Counted from the first letter of the stretch, positions 20,127-30,176 are shown. The stretch: DNA of 64,000 nt from Clostridiaceae bacterium (GCA_014380625.1 JACMJL010000185.1:1896-65895); one strand, 5' to 3'. Numbers and translations: made by a program. Notes: generated by a model from the sequence alone, not told the origin.

Positions 20127-20171
20127 GGGGACGGGGTTGTTGACAACAAAGTTGTCAACAACCCCGTCCCC
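20127..20171. repeat. perfect 45-bp palindrome (21-bp arms, AAA centre), GC-rich
   Basis: GGGGACGGGGTTGTTGACAAC-AAA-GTTGTCAACAACCCCGTCCCC. It ends 19 nt before the aldo/keto reductase ATG. The 16-mer CAACAACCCCGTCCCC recurs at 48898-48913. Confidence 0.9.
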
Positions 20172-20190
20172 ATTAGAAAGAGGTGAGAAA

Positions 20191-21183
20191 ATGTCATATT
20201 TAGCTAGTAACGAAAGATATTCAACAATGAAATACAATAAGTGTGGTAATAGCGGGTTAAAACTCTCTGCAATTTCTCTAGGATTATGGCACAACTTTGG
20301 AGGTACAGATTCCTTTGAAAACTCAAGAGCTCTAATTCATGGAGCTTTCGATCTTGGAATTACACATTTTGATATTGCCAACAACTATGGCCCGCCTCCT
20401 GGATCTGCTGAAGAAAATTTCGGTAAAATCTTAAAGCAGGATTTACTAAGTTATAGAGATGAACTAGTTATCTCAACAAAGGCAGGTTATACTATGTGGC
20501 CGGGTCCTTATGGCGACTTTGGTTCAAAAAAATATTTAGTTTCAAGTTTAGACCAAAGTTTAAAAAGAATGGGCTTAGATTATGTTGATATTTTTTATCA
20601 TCATAGACCTGACCCAAATACCCCTTTAGAAGAAACTATGGCTGCCTTAGACCTAATAGTAAAACAGGGAAAGGCTCTTTATGTAGGATTATCCAACTAT
20701 AAACCAGCTGAAACCAAAAGGGCATCTGCCATACTTAAGCAATTAGGCACCCCTTGTTTGATCCATCAACCCTCCTATTCAATGTTTAACAGATGGATAG
20801 AGAAAGAAGGTCTTCAGGAAGTTTTAGAGGAAGAAGGCATTGGTTCCATAGCGTTCAAACCTTTAGAACAAGGTCTACTTACTACAAAATATTTAAACGG
20901 AATTCCTGGGGACTCTAGAGCTGCAGGTAACTCAGTTTTCTTCCAGTCTAAAGATATCACAGAGTCAAAAATAGAAAAGGTTAGAAAATTAAATATCATG
21001 GCAATGGAGCGTGGCCAAACTTTGCCTCAACTAGCTTTAGCTTGGGTATTAAGAGGCGGACGTGTTACTTCTGCACTAATTGGTGCAAGTAAGGTCAGTC
21101 AAATTGAAGATAACGTAGCAGCGCTTAACAATTTAGACTTCACTGCTGAGGAACTTCTCCATATAGAACAAATATTAGCATAA
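20191..21183 (+). CDS. aldo/keto reductase (YghZ/L-glyceraldehyde-3-phosphate reductase-like)
   Basis: MSYLASNERYSTMKYNKCGNSGLKLSAISLGLWHNFG.., DIANNYGPPPGSAEE, STKAGY, HRPD. ATG at 20191 with an AGAGGTGAG RBS. The track start at 20125 lies inside the palindrome. Confidence 0.85.
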   Translation: MSYLASNERYSTMKYNKCGNSGLKLSAISLGLWHNFGGTDSFENSRALIHGAFDLGITHFDIANNYGPPPGSAEENFGKILKQDLLSYRDELVISTKAGYTMWPGPYGDFGSKKYLVSSLDQSLKRMGLDYVDIFYHHRPDPNTPLEETMAALDLIVKQGKALYVGLSNYKPAETKRASAILKQLGTPCLIHQPSYSMFNRWIEKEGLQEVLEEEGIGSIAFKPLEQGLLTTKYLNGIPGDSRAAGNSVFFQSKDITESKIEKVRKLNIMAMERGQTLPQLALAWVLRGGRVTSALIGASKVSQIEDNVAALNNLDFTAEELLHIEQILA

Positions 21184-21188
21184 TAAAA

Positions 21189-21236
21189 GGACAGTCTCAA
21201 AATAATTAATTTTATTTTGAGACTGTCCCCTTTTTT
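21189..21236. terminator. bidirectional terminator (reductase / HD-GYP gene)
   Basis: GGACAGTCTCAAAATAA-TTAATT-TTATTTTGAGACTGTCC followed by CCTTTTTT, with an A-rich stretch on the other side. Confidence 0.85.
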
Positions 21237-21241
21237 ACATT

Positions 21242-22306
21242 TTAAATTACTAATTCCTCTACGAATAACCCTTTTTCTTTTTTCAAATCAATAAAACCAA
21301 ATTCCCCTAGCAATAACGGCCTGGATAAATCATTTATATCAATTTGTACTATTTTACATACTTGACCATCATTTAATGATACTTCCTGACCCATATAATA
21401 ATTTATTATATGATCTAAAAACACTTTACAATATTCATAGTCTAATTTTCCTAAACTTTCTTTTTGAATTATTTCAAGAACTTCCAGAGGCGACTTACTC
21501 CTTTTGTAAATTCTATCAGAATTCACAGCATCAAAAACATCTGCAATAGCAATTATTCTAGCAAACAAAGGAATCTGTTCTGCCTTAATTCCAAATGGAT
21601 ATCCCGTTCCATCTAATCTCTCATGATGCATCAGTATCCCATGGCTAACAATACTATCTAAATTTTCTATTTTTTTTATATCCTCATAACCCCAAATAGG
21701 ATGTTTTTTTATGCCCTGAAATTCTTCTTTTGTTAAAGTCTCAACTTTATTTAATATCTTTTTATCAATCTTTACTTTTCCATAATCATGTAAGATAGCT
21801 GAATAAGTTAGCAGATTTTTTTTGTATTCATCTAACTCCAGCCAGGATCCAAGTATACTACTAAGTGCTGCAACATTTACAGAATGTTTATAAATGCTGT
21901 CCTTCCCACTTCCATGAAGTACTATATTTTTAATAATAGCACCAGTTGAATCCAACTCACCTTGAATTTTTTTAGCAAATGCTCTTACCTCTTGCATACC
22001 TAACACATAATTACCTTCTAAGTTATCGAATATACCTTCTACATTTTTTGAAAGGACCTCAAAGCTTCCTTGAATATCCTCTATACTCTTCTCATTATTA
22101 AAATGAACATGTCCTGCTTCGCCTTTATCATTACTATACACTTCAACTTTATCAAAAAATAACTTTTCTTTCAGCTTGAAAATTATTGATTCGGTTACAA
22201 TAACATTTTTTGCTACTAATAATATATTCTCAGAGTAGATTTCCTTACCAATTACCATTCCAGGCTCTAAATCATTAACATACATGAAAATACTCTTATT
22301 ACTCAT
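21242..22306 (-). CDS. HD-GYP domain c-di-GMP phosphodiesterase
   Basis: 354 aa. ILHDYGKVKID (HD) and HHERLDGTGYPFG (GYP) motifs. The N-terminal ~130 aa are an unassigned sensor region. Confidence 0.85.
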   Translation of the reverse strand: MSNKSIFMYVNDLEPGMVIGKEIYSENILLVAKNVIVTESIIFKLKEKLFFDKVEVYSNDKGEAGHVHFNNEKSIEDIQGSFEVLSKNVEGIFDNLEGNYVLGMQEVRAFAKKIQGELDSTGAIIKNIVLHGSGKDSIYKHSVNVAALSSILGSWLELDEYKKNLLTYSAILHDYGKVKIDKKILNKVETLTKEEFQGIKKHPIWGYEDIKKIENLDSIVSHGILMHHERLDGTGYPFGIKAEQIPLFARIIAIADVFDAVNSDRIYKRSKSPLEVLEIIQKESLGKLDYEYCKVFLDHIINYYMGQEVSLNDGQVCKIVQIDINDLSRPLLLGEFGFIDLKKEKGLFVEELVI

Positions 22307-22382
22307 AATATTATACCCCTCAACTTTTTACACATTGATAGTATTATATTCGACAATTAATTCTATTCTCCTCTATAATTAT

Positions 22383-23972
22383 TTACTTTTGTTTGTATTG
22401 AGATGGAGTTAATCCCACATACTTTTTAAAAATCTGAGAGAAGTATTTTTCATCTTTAAATCCTATCATATTCGATACTTGGTAGTTCTTAAGTGAACTA
22501 TTTTTTAAAAGTTCCATAGCTCTTTCTATTCGGTATTTTGTAATAAAATCTATAAAATTGATGCCCATTTCCTGTTTAAAAAGCAAACTCAAATAACCAG
22601 GGGTTATATATAACTCCCTAGATATCACCTCAAGACTGATATCATTAGGGTAGTTCTTCATAATGTATTCAACAGCCTTTCTTGTAAATATATTCTTTTT
22701 GTGAACGTCCCCCATACATTGCAGTATACTATCAAGAAGTGAACTAACGTACTCTGTAAGCTCTATCATAGTTTCACATTCCTCAATTTTATCGAAGGTT
22801 TTTAAGTTAAAGTCAAATATTTGGCTAGCATTAATGTTTTTATCAACGCAAAATTTATATACTCTGCTACAAAAACTAATAGAAATCTTTTGTAAGAACC
22901 CCTTACTAGGCAATTTTTCATCACACAACTTATTATAAAAATCCTCTAATTTTTGTTGCATTAAAACCTTATTTCCAGTTTCCAAACAATTCAATATGTC
23001 TATTTCTTCATTAACAGGATAGAAACCTGTCATATCCTCATAAGCATGAATATTACCTAAACTTATCACCCTATCATTACCTAAAAAGAACTTTGCTTCA
23101 AGTGCTATTCTTGCATCTTTGTAGGACTCATTGATAGCTATAAGATCTGTTACTATAGACCCCACTCCTATAGTTAAGGTATTTTCAGATAATGCCTTTA
23201 TCTCATTTTTTATTTTAGTTATAGTTTCTAAAAAACGTCTTGAATTATAGTAAGATTTATCAATATATAAAATGAAGGTAGTCTCATTATTGATTTGAAA
23301 ATCACCTACAATTTCTTTATGTAAAACAGTGTTTGTATAATTCACTATATTCCAATTCATCTCTACCACATTCTTTTTATCTAATATCTTATTTTTATTA
23401 TCTATACTAAAGGTAATAGCTAAAAAACTCTTTTCCAGAGAAGTTTTTATATGGTAGGAATATGCTTTGGACTCAATTTCTATAAAGTTTATATTTTCGT
23501 CAATTGCTAATTCCATTAAAAATTCTCTCTTTTTTTGTAAAATACTTTCATTATAGCTTGTTTTATAATCTTCTAAAATCCTAATATTTTTCTGCTCATC
23601 CTCCAGTAACTTTTTAGCCTTAAGCACCACTTCTATTATCTCCTTTGGTCTACAAGGTTTTAAAAGATATTCTATAATATTTAAATTTATAGCTGTCTTT
23701 GCTGTATCAAAATCACAATATCCGCTTAAAATTATGCTTTTTACATTTATATTTTCCTCTTTTAAATTTATTAAAAGTTTAAGTCCATCCATTTTAGGCA
23801 TCCTTATATCTGCAATAAGTATATCTGGTCGCAAAATTTTAATAAGTTGAAAAGCAGTTAAGCCATTATTAGCTTGACCACAAATTTCAATATCATAATC
23901 GCTCCATTTTATTAAAGTTTTTATTCCTTCTATAAGATCAATTTCATCATCAACTATAAATAGTTTAAACAT
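22383..23972 (-). CDS. YesN-type response regulator (receiver + AraC/XylS HTH)
   Basis: 529 aa. MFKLFIVDDE.., IADIRMPKMDG. C-terminal AraC HTH (..GYLSLLFKQEMGINFIDFITKYRIERA..IGFKDEKYFSQIFKKYVGLTPSQY). Confidence 0.85.
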   Translation of the reverse strand: MFKLFIVDDEIDLIEGIKTLIKWSDYDIEICGQANNGLTAFQLIKILRPDILIADIRMPKMDGLKLLINLKEENINVKSIILSGYCDFDTAKTAINLNIIEYLLKPCRPKEIIEVVLKAKKLLEDEQKNIRILEDYKTSYNESILQKKREFLMELAIDENINFIEIESKAYSYHIKTSLEKSFLAITFSIDNKNKILDKKNVVEMNWNIVNYTNTVLHKEIVGDFQINNETTFILYIDKSYYNSRRFLETITKIKNEIKALSENTLTIGVGSIVTDLIAINESYKDARIALEAKFFLGNDRVISLGNIHAYEDMTGFYPVNEEIDILNCLETGNKVLMQQKLEDFYNKLCDEKLPSKGFLQKISISFCSRVYKFCVDKNINASQIFDFNLKTFDKIEECETMIELTEYVSSLLDSILQCMGDVHKKNIFTRKAVEYIMKNYPNDISLEVISRELYITPGYLSLLFKQEMGINFIDFITKYRIERAMELLKNSSLKNYQVSNMIGFKDEKYFSQIFKKYVGLTPSQYKQK

Positions 23973-24006
23973 TTTTTTTCAAATCCCCCATTCAACTTTT
24001 TGAATT

Positions 24007-25341
24007 TCAGTAGGAATTAGCTGCATTTATTTCAGCTTCTTTCAAAAACTCTTCTGGACTCTTTATCCCTAGAGAGAACTCTTGTACAAGATTTTCTATA
24101 TTTGTTTTGAACTCATAGGTTAAACTATCATTCCAAGGCGTGCCACTAATTGATGTTGAACTAGCTAATATATCTGATAACTTACTTTGAAGAGGGGATT
24201 CTTTACCAGTTTTGAACTGATGGAATTCTTGTGCTGGAATAATTCCTACAGTCTGCCACCCTTGCTTTGCCCAATTTTCTGGTTTCATTATATACTTTAA
24301 TAACTTAATGCTTTCATCTATAACTTTAGAATTAGCTGAAACTGCATATCCCCCACCGTTCCAACCTACTAAATCCGTATCTTTACCTTTTCCAGTACTT
24401 GTTGCAGGGAATTTCATAACATCCACATTTTTCTTAAAATCCTCACTAAAGCCCTTACTTGTATCCATACCAACTTCCCATTCTCCCATGTAGTACATTG
24501 CTGCTTTTCCTTGTGCAAATAAGTTATTGGCGGCACCATAATCCGCAGAATCAAAAGAATCTTGAAACCCTTTAACATCCATTAATGCTTTTAGATCTAA
24601 TGCTGCCTTCAAGTATAACCCGTTACTTGCGAACTTATTAGTACCCCTTAGTCCTTCACCAATTAATCTTTGATCTCCACTCTCCTTAATAAGTAGATCT
24701 TGATATAATATAGCAATAGGATACTTATCCTTACCATTCATAGCAATTGGAGATAAGTTATTTGCTCTAAATATTTTAGCTGAACTAATAATATCTTCAT
24801 AAGTTTTAGGAAGTGGAACCTTATACTTTTCAAATATAGCTTTATTAAAGTATAAAACCATATAGTCTGTATTCCGTGGAAGTCCATATAACCTTCCATT
24901 TAAGCTAAACCCATCAAGGGCTCCATTAAAAAATCCATAATCTTTAAAATCCTCTTTATTAAGTTCAACTACATATCCGTTTATCATAATAGGGTAGAAA
25001 AAAGAGGGTTGTCCCCATGCCATAAAAACATCTGGAATTTCATTACTAGCTACATAAGTTTTAAATTTTTGTTTGTAGGGTTCATCCTGAAGTGCTTCAA
25101 CGGTAATTTTTACATTGGGATTTTCTTTAACGTATTTATCCAAAAGCATTTGTTCGAGTTTACCTTGTCCTGTTAAACGATCAGGAAGATTGGAAAAAAA
25201 TTTTAAGTTTACTTGTTTTTTAGGAGTAAAAGCTGTGCTATATTTGGAGGAACCTTGAGAGCAGCTTATAAGCCCGTTCATTATAATGAATATCAAAATA
25301 ACATCTACAAACCTTTTAGCCTTTACCATTTTAAATTTCAC
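24007..25341 (-). CDS. extracellular solute-binding lipoprotein (family 1, sugar type)
   Basis: 444 aa. Signal peptide with lipobox LISC. Typical family-1 SBP length and W/Y-rich profile. No permease genes are adjacent. Confidence 0.75.
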   Translation of the reverse strand: MKFKMVKAKRFVDVILIFIIMNGLISCSQGSSKYSTAFTPKKQVNLKFFSNLPDRLTGQGKLEQMLLDKYVKENPNVKITVEALQDEPYKQKFKTYVASNEIPDVFMAWGQPSFFYPIMINGYVVELNKEDFKDYGFFNGALDGFSLNGRLYGLPRNTDYMVLYFNKAIFEKYKVPLPKTYEDIISSAKIFRANNLSPIAMNGKDKYPIAILYQDLLIKESGDQRLIGEGLRGTNKFASNGLYLKAALDLKALMDVKGFQDSFDSADYGAANNLFAQGKAAMYYMGEWEVGMDTSKGFSEDFKKNVDVMKFPATSTGKGKDTDLVGWNGGGYAVSANSKVIDESIKLLKYIMKPENWAKQGWQTVGIIPAQEFHQFKTGKESPLQSKLSDILASSTSISGTPWNDSLTYEFKTNIENLVQEFSLGIKSPEEFLKEAEINAANSY

Positions 25342-25486
25342 CCATCCTTATAATATTGCCATGTGAATCATAATTAGAGTATACCAATTATTTACATTTT
25401 AAGGTAGTGTAAAATACTAATATAAATAAAAAACCTTAGAACTCATGGTTAGAGCTCTAAGGTCTTTGAGTTTTTTTGAAGATGCC

Positions 25487-27124
25487 TTATTGGCCTAATA
25501 TGGTAAAAGCCTCCCATGCCCCACCTACAGATGCTCGATTTGCATATAAAACTGCGCCATTATCTAAATCAGTAGTGACAAACTGGTTATTTGCCAGGGC
25601 CTTAAGCGCTATGGTTCCATCACCTTGTGCAACCTTACTAAACTTCTCCCAGGTGCTAATACTAGAACTTCTTGCAACCAGCTTAGCTGATTGGTTTAGG
25701 TCAGCACAAACATATAAATTATTAGCTTTTGACTGAAATGAAATTGTACCATCAGAATTATTTATCACCTTAAATAACTCCCAATCTCCTGCAGTTGGTC
25801 TATTTGCCACAAGAGGGCTAGTTCCTGAATTATCCGCGCAAACAAAGTTTGAATTTGCAGCTGCCTTTAAAGAAGAATATCCAGTTATAGGAACAGGCAC
25901 GGTAGTTGTATATTTCTTCACTAAAGTTTGAAAGGTAGTATTAGCTTTAAAGTTATTAGTAGTGAATTGAGCCCATTTTGATGCTATTGTAGCTGCGCTG
26001 TCTGTAGTTACATTAGGAACCGAACTTGGATTGTTATTAAAGTATCCCCAGTTACCATAATTGGAAGTAACCTTGTAGGTCCAATTTGTCCATGAAGCAT
26101 TCATTGCATTAAATCCAGCTAGGAACTTTTCCCAAAGATCATTAAACTCAAAGGGACAAAATTCTCCAGCATAGACTGGTACATTCCACATACTCTGATG
26201 ATCCTTCATGCCTTGAAGAGCTCCAGTAATCATATTATTCTGTGCGTTCCAGTCTGTAGCTTGTCCTGACGCCATAGCATAAAAGTGCATCTCATATACT
26301 ACATTTGTCCATCCTTTAGCTGATGGGGCATTTAATTGATTCCAGTCCCAAGCAGCTTCCATATAAATCATATGATCTGGGTCTATTGGACGAATTGCTT
26401 TATAAAGTCTGTCATAGAAATTATTCAGTTGATCTTTTGAAACTCTATCAGGCTCATTTAATAGATCATATCCAGCTACAGCTGCATTACCTTTAAAATG
26501 GGTGGCTATTCCCTGCCATAATGCCACAGTACGGTCTTGGTATGTAGTGTTTTTCCATAACTGAGGATCAGAATTCGCCTGTCCGCAATTATCAAAGGTG
26601 TTCTGTCCACCAAATGTGCCATGAAGGTCTAATAACACATAAATTCCCCTAGAGGCGCAATTATTCACTAACCAGTCCAACTTGGTCCATGGATTTGCCT
26701 TCCAATTACCATATTTGTCCATCAACTCCAGGTATAAAATAGGTACTCGAACAAAATTCATCCCCATGTTCTTTATGTTATCAAGGTCTGTTGTAGTTAG
26801 CCAAGCATTTTGGTAACCAGTTATTAAACTTTCCTTTGTAGCTTCTCCAAAACGATTGGTTAGTGTCTCGCGAAGGTTCCATTCATCAGTAACAGAGCAG
26901 GGTGACATCCAAGGTTCTTGTAGCATCCACCCTCCTAGATTAGTACCACGAAGGTTTACAATTGATCCATTCCCATAATTATCTTTTACTATAGTTCCAC
27001 TGGTCTTTAAAAAACCTGTTGATCCGATTACAGCAGCTTTAGAAACTAATGGTCTTGACACTAATAGACCCCCTAAGATAGTAATAGTAATCATGGTTGA
27101 TATCAGTTTTTTTCTTTTAAACAT
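25487..27124 (-). CDS. secreted GH5 glycoside hydrolase with C-terminal beta-trefoil (fascin-like) module
   Basis: Signal peptide, NLRGTNLGGWMLQEPW, NFVRVPI, acid/base YDLLNEP, nucleophile region AGEF. The C-terminus has three ~42-aa repeats (FVCADNSG..WELFKV / YVCADLNQ..WEKFSKV / FVTTDLDN..WEAFTI). Confidence 0.8.
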   Translation of the reverse strand: MFKRKKLISTMITITILGGLLVSRPLVSKAAVIGSTGFLKTSGTIVKDNYGNGSIVNLRGTNLGGWMLQEPWMSPCSVTDEWNLRETLTNRFGEATKESLITGYQNAWLTTTDLDNIKNMGMNFVRVPILYLELMDKYGNWKANPWTKLDWLVNNCASRGIYVLLDLHGTFGGQNTFDNCGQANSDPQLWKNTTYQDRTVALWQGIATHFKGNAAVAGYDLLNEPDRVSKDQLNNFYDRLYKAIRPIDPDHMIYMEAAWDWNQLNAPSAKGWTNVVYEMHFYAMASGQATDWNAQNNMITGALQGMKDHQSMWNVPVYAGEFCPFEFNDLWEKFLAGFNAMNASWTNWTYKVTSNYGNWGYFNNNPSSVPNVTTDSAATIASKWAQFTTNNFKANTTFQTLVKKYTTTVPVPITGYSSLKAAANSNFVCADNSGTSPLVANRPTAGDWELFKVINNSDGTISFQSKANNLYVCADLNQSAKLVARSSSISTWEKFSKVAQGDGTIALKALANNQFVTTDLDNGAVLYANRASVGGAWEAFTILGQ

Positions 27125-27225
27125 CTTGTACCTCCTCCAAATATCCTATATGTAAATTTTACCATTATAATATTGCCTTAAATAGTATGTAATTTGTCAA
27201 AATGGTTTAATATATATTTATAATC

Positions 27226-27273
27226 AAAAAAACAAGAGACATCTAAGCCAAACTTTGGCTTAGATGTCTCTTG
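27226..27273 (-). terminator. rho-independent terminator of ldh
   Basis: 17-bp perfect stem CAAGAGACATCTAAGCC/GGCTTAGATGTCTCTTG (27233-27273), followed by T7 on the minus strand. Confidence 0.85.
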
Positions 27274-27276
27274 GTT

Positions 27277-28236
27277 TTATAGAAGTTGTAGATTTGAAAG
27301 ATAACTTGATAAAATTTCAGCACTTTTCTTTAATAATTCAGCTTCCGTTTCAGATAGAGGCACCACTAAGCGTTTAGAAATACCTTCACTAGAAATTACA
27401 CAGGGAATACTTAATGCAACATTACTAATTCCATATTCTCCTTCAAGAGTCGTAGAAACAGGCAAAATGCTCAATTCATTTAGGAGAACTGCCTTAACTA
27501 ATCTACTTACACTCATAGCTATTCCTGAGCTCGTATAACCTTTTAATTGAAGTATCTCCGTTCCTACTGTTTTAACCTCCGCTACTACCTCATCACAATT
27601 TAAGGGGGAAGTACTACCTATAATATCGTCCAAGCTTTGAGCAGGTATTCCCGCAATATCAACAAGGCTCCATGTAGCAAAAGCGCTCTCACCGTGTTCT
27701 CCTAAAATATATCCATGGACATTTTTTGTATCTACAAGATACTTTAATGCCAATATTCGCCTAAACCTTGCAGTATCCAAAAGTGTTCCAGTTCCAATAA
27801 TCTTATTCTTTGGATATCCAAAGTTATTTTGTAAATGATAGGTGATAATATCCACAGGATTTGTTACTACAATAATTACAGCATCCTTTGTATACTTACA
27901 GATTGAAGTCATAACAGAATCCATAACCTTAACATTTCTCTCTGCCAAAACTAAACGTGACATTTTTTCTCCTGGTTTCATACTTGGGCCCGCTGAAATT
28001 ACTATGGTTTGCGCATCCACACAATCTTCATAATCCCCAACCCTTACATGAACATTAGGACTATAGGCAAAAGAAGTAGTATGACTTGCATCTAATGCCT
28101 CACCTCTAGCTTTATCTATATTATTATCAATAATTACAATCTCACCTACTAGGTTTAATCCGAGAAGAGTGTTTAAAATGGCGGAACCAACCATACCGGC
28201 TCCTACTAATACAACTTTGTTTTTTATTGGCTTCAT
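27277..28236 (-). CDS. ldh: L-lactate dehydrogenase
   Basis: MKPIKNKVVLVGAGMVGSA (NAD fold), VVTNPVD, LGEHGES. ATG at 28236 with an AAGGGAG RBS is preferred over the track start at 28287. Confidence 0.9.
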   Translation of the reverse strand: MKPIKNKVVLVGAGMVGSAILNTLLGLNLVGEIVIIDNNIDKARGEALDASHTTSFAYSPNVHVRVGDYEDCVDAQTIVISAGPSMKPGEKMSRLVLAERNVKVMDSVMTSICKYTKDAVIIVVTNPVDIITYHLQNNFGYPKNKIIGTGTLLDTARFRRILALKYLVDTKNVHGYILGEHGESAFATWSLVDIAGIPAQSLDDIIGSTSPLNCDEVVAEVKTVGTEILQLKGYTSSGIAMSVSRLVKAVLLNELSILPVSTTLEGEYGISNVALSIPCVISSEGISKRLVVPLSETEAELLKKSAEILSSYLSNLQLL

Positions 28237-28318
28237 CTTCGTCTCCCTTTGCTTAAGTTTAAGCTCTTTTTCTATATTATAAAGCATGTTTTCAAAAAAA
28301 CCAACGAAAAAATATTAA

Positions 28319-30175
28319 TTAAGCAAAATTTTCAAACTGATTATGATACATCTCATAATAAAATCCCTTTTTAGCAACGAGACTATCATGACTTCCCTGT
28401 TCTGCAATTTCACCCTTATCAATTACCATAATTGTATCAGCATCTCTAATGGTACTAAGCCTATGGGCTATTATAAAACAAGTCCTCCCTTTCATAAGCT
28501 TTAGCATTGCTTCTTGGATATTAAGTTCAGTGCGAGTATCTACATTACTAGTAGCTTCATCTAGAATTAATATTGAGGGATTAGAAAGTATAGCTCTAGC
28601 TATTGCTAATAATTGTCTTTGACCTTGGCTTAAATTATTACCACTTTCAGATAACAAGGCATCATAACTCATAGGAAGTCTTCTGATAAAAGTATCAGCA
28701 TTTGCCATAGTTGCAGCGGAGACAACCTCTTCATCTGTAGCCTCCAAGTTGCCATATTTAATGTTTTCTTTTATAGTTCCTGAAAATAAATATGTATCTT
28801 GAAGAACAATTCCAAAACATTTTCTTAAGCTTTCCCTAGTATATTCTCTTATATCCCTTCCATCAATTAAAATTTTCCCCTTGGTTACATCATAAAACCT
28901 TGTAAGCAAATTCACTATTGTAGTCTTTCCAGCACCAGTTGGACCAACCAATGCAATATTACTGCCCTGAGGTGCTATGAAATTTATGTTTTTGAGTATA
29001 GGTAGGTCTGGACGATATCCAAAGATAACCTCTTCAAAGGCTACGTTTCCTTTTGGGTCTAGAAGTTCAATTGCACCTTTAACATCTTTTTCTTCATCTT
29101 CTTCATCAAGAACTTCAAAAACCCTCTCAGCTCCTGCTATAGCAGATTGAAGGGTGTTAAATATATTTGCTAAATCATTAAGTGGTCTAGAGAACTGTCT
29201 AGAGTAACTTAAGAAGCTGGCTATAATTCCAACCGTAATTAAATTACTAACTGCAAGGGTTCCACCCACAGCCGCAACCATAGCAAATCCTAAGTTATTT
29301 ATTACATTCATAATTGGCATTAAGTATCCTGACCAAATCTGTGCCTTTAAACCCACCTGACACAATCTATTATTAACTTGATCAAACTCTTCAATAGCCT
29401 TGTTTTCATGGTTAAAGGCTTTAACAACATGAATACCAGAAATAGTTTCTTCAATGTGTCCATTAAGCTTCCCTAGTTCCTTTTGCTGTTCTTTAAATAA
29501 AGATCCTGTTTTCTTTGTTATAGTGCCTGTAAGCAAAAATACAAAAGGCACAGTTATAATACTTGCAATTGTAAGTAATGGACTTAACACTAACATCATA
29601 ACTAAAGAGCCAGTAATGGTTATAACTCCCGCCATAAGTTGAGTAGTTGATTGAGATATTGTACCGCTAACATTTTCTATATCATTTGATAATCTACTCA
29701 TAATCTCTCCGTGAGTAGACTTATCAAAAAATGAAATAGGAAGAGTCTGTAGCTTTAAAAAAAGTTTTCCCCTTAAATTCATTACTATCCGCTGAGATAC
29801 TCCCGCCATTAACCAGCCCTGAACAATATTTATAATAGCATCCATAAAGTAAGCTGTAATAAGAGCCACTGCCATTATTTGCAGTATTCCAAAGTTTACT
29901 CCATTGCCTCCTGTTATCATAACATCAATGGAATGTCCAATTAGGTATGGCACTACAAGCCCTATCCCTGAGCCAACAATAACTAAAGCAAATATAATAA
30001 TTAACAACTTTCTCTCAGACCCAAAATATTTCCAAAGTCTTAGCATTGTACCCTTTAAGTTCTTTGGTTTAATAACCGGTGCCCGAGCTCCGTTTCTCCC
30101 GCTCCGATTCCTTCCAGGAAGTACACTGATATTTAAGGCTTCTAGGTGGTTTTTTTTATCTTTATCCTGTTGCAT
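28319..30175 (-). CDS. ABC exporter, fused TMD-NBD half transporter (chain B of heterodimer)
   Basis: Six TM segments plus an NBD: GPTGAGKTT, non-canonical signature LSQGQRQ, Walker B ILILDEATS. The ATG at 30175 lies 1 nt after the partner's stop. Confidence 0.85.
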   Translation of the reverse strand: MQQDKDKKNHLEALNISVLPGRNRSGRNGARAPVIKPKNLKGTMLRLWKYFGSERKLLIIIFALVIVGSGIGLVVPYLIGHSIDVMITGGNGVNFGILQIMAVALITAYFMDAIINIVQGWLMAGVSQRIVMNLRGKLFLKLQTLPISFFDKSTHGEIMSRLSNDIENVSGTISQSTTQLMAGVITITGSLVMMLVLSPLLTIASIITVPFVFLLTGTITKKTGSLFKEQQKELGKLNGHIEETISGIHVVKAFNHENKAIEEFDQVNNRLCQVGLKAQIWSGYLMPIMNVINNLGFAMVAAVGGTLAVSNLITVGIIASFLSYSRQFSRPLNDLANIFNTLQSAIAGAERVFEVLDEEDEEKDVKGAIELLDPKGNVAFEEVIFGYRPDLPILKNINFIAPQGSNIALVGPTGAGKTTIVNLLTRFYDVTKGKILIDGRDIREYTRESLRKCFGIVLQDTYLFSGTIKENIKYGNLEATDEEVVSAATMANADTFIRRLPMSYDALLSESGNNLSQGQRQLLAIARAILSNPSILILDEATSNVDTRTELNIQEAMLKLMKGRTCFIIAHRLSTIRDADTIMVIDKGEIAEQGSHDSLVAKKGFYYEMYHNQFENFA

Positions 30176-30176
30176 T

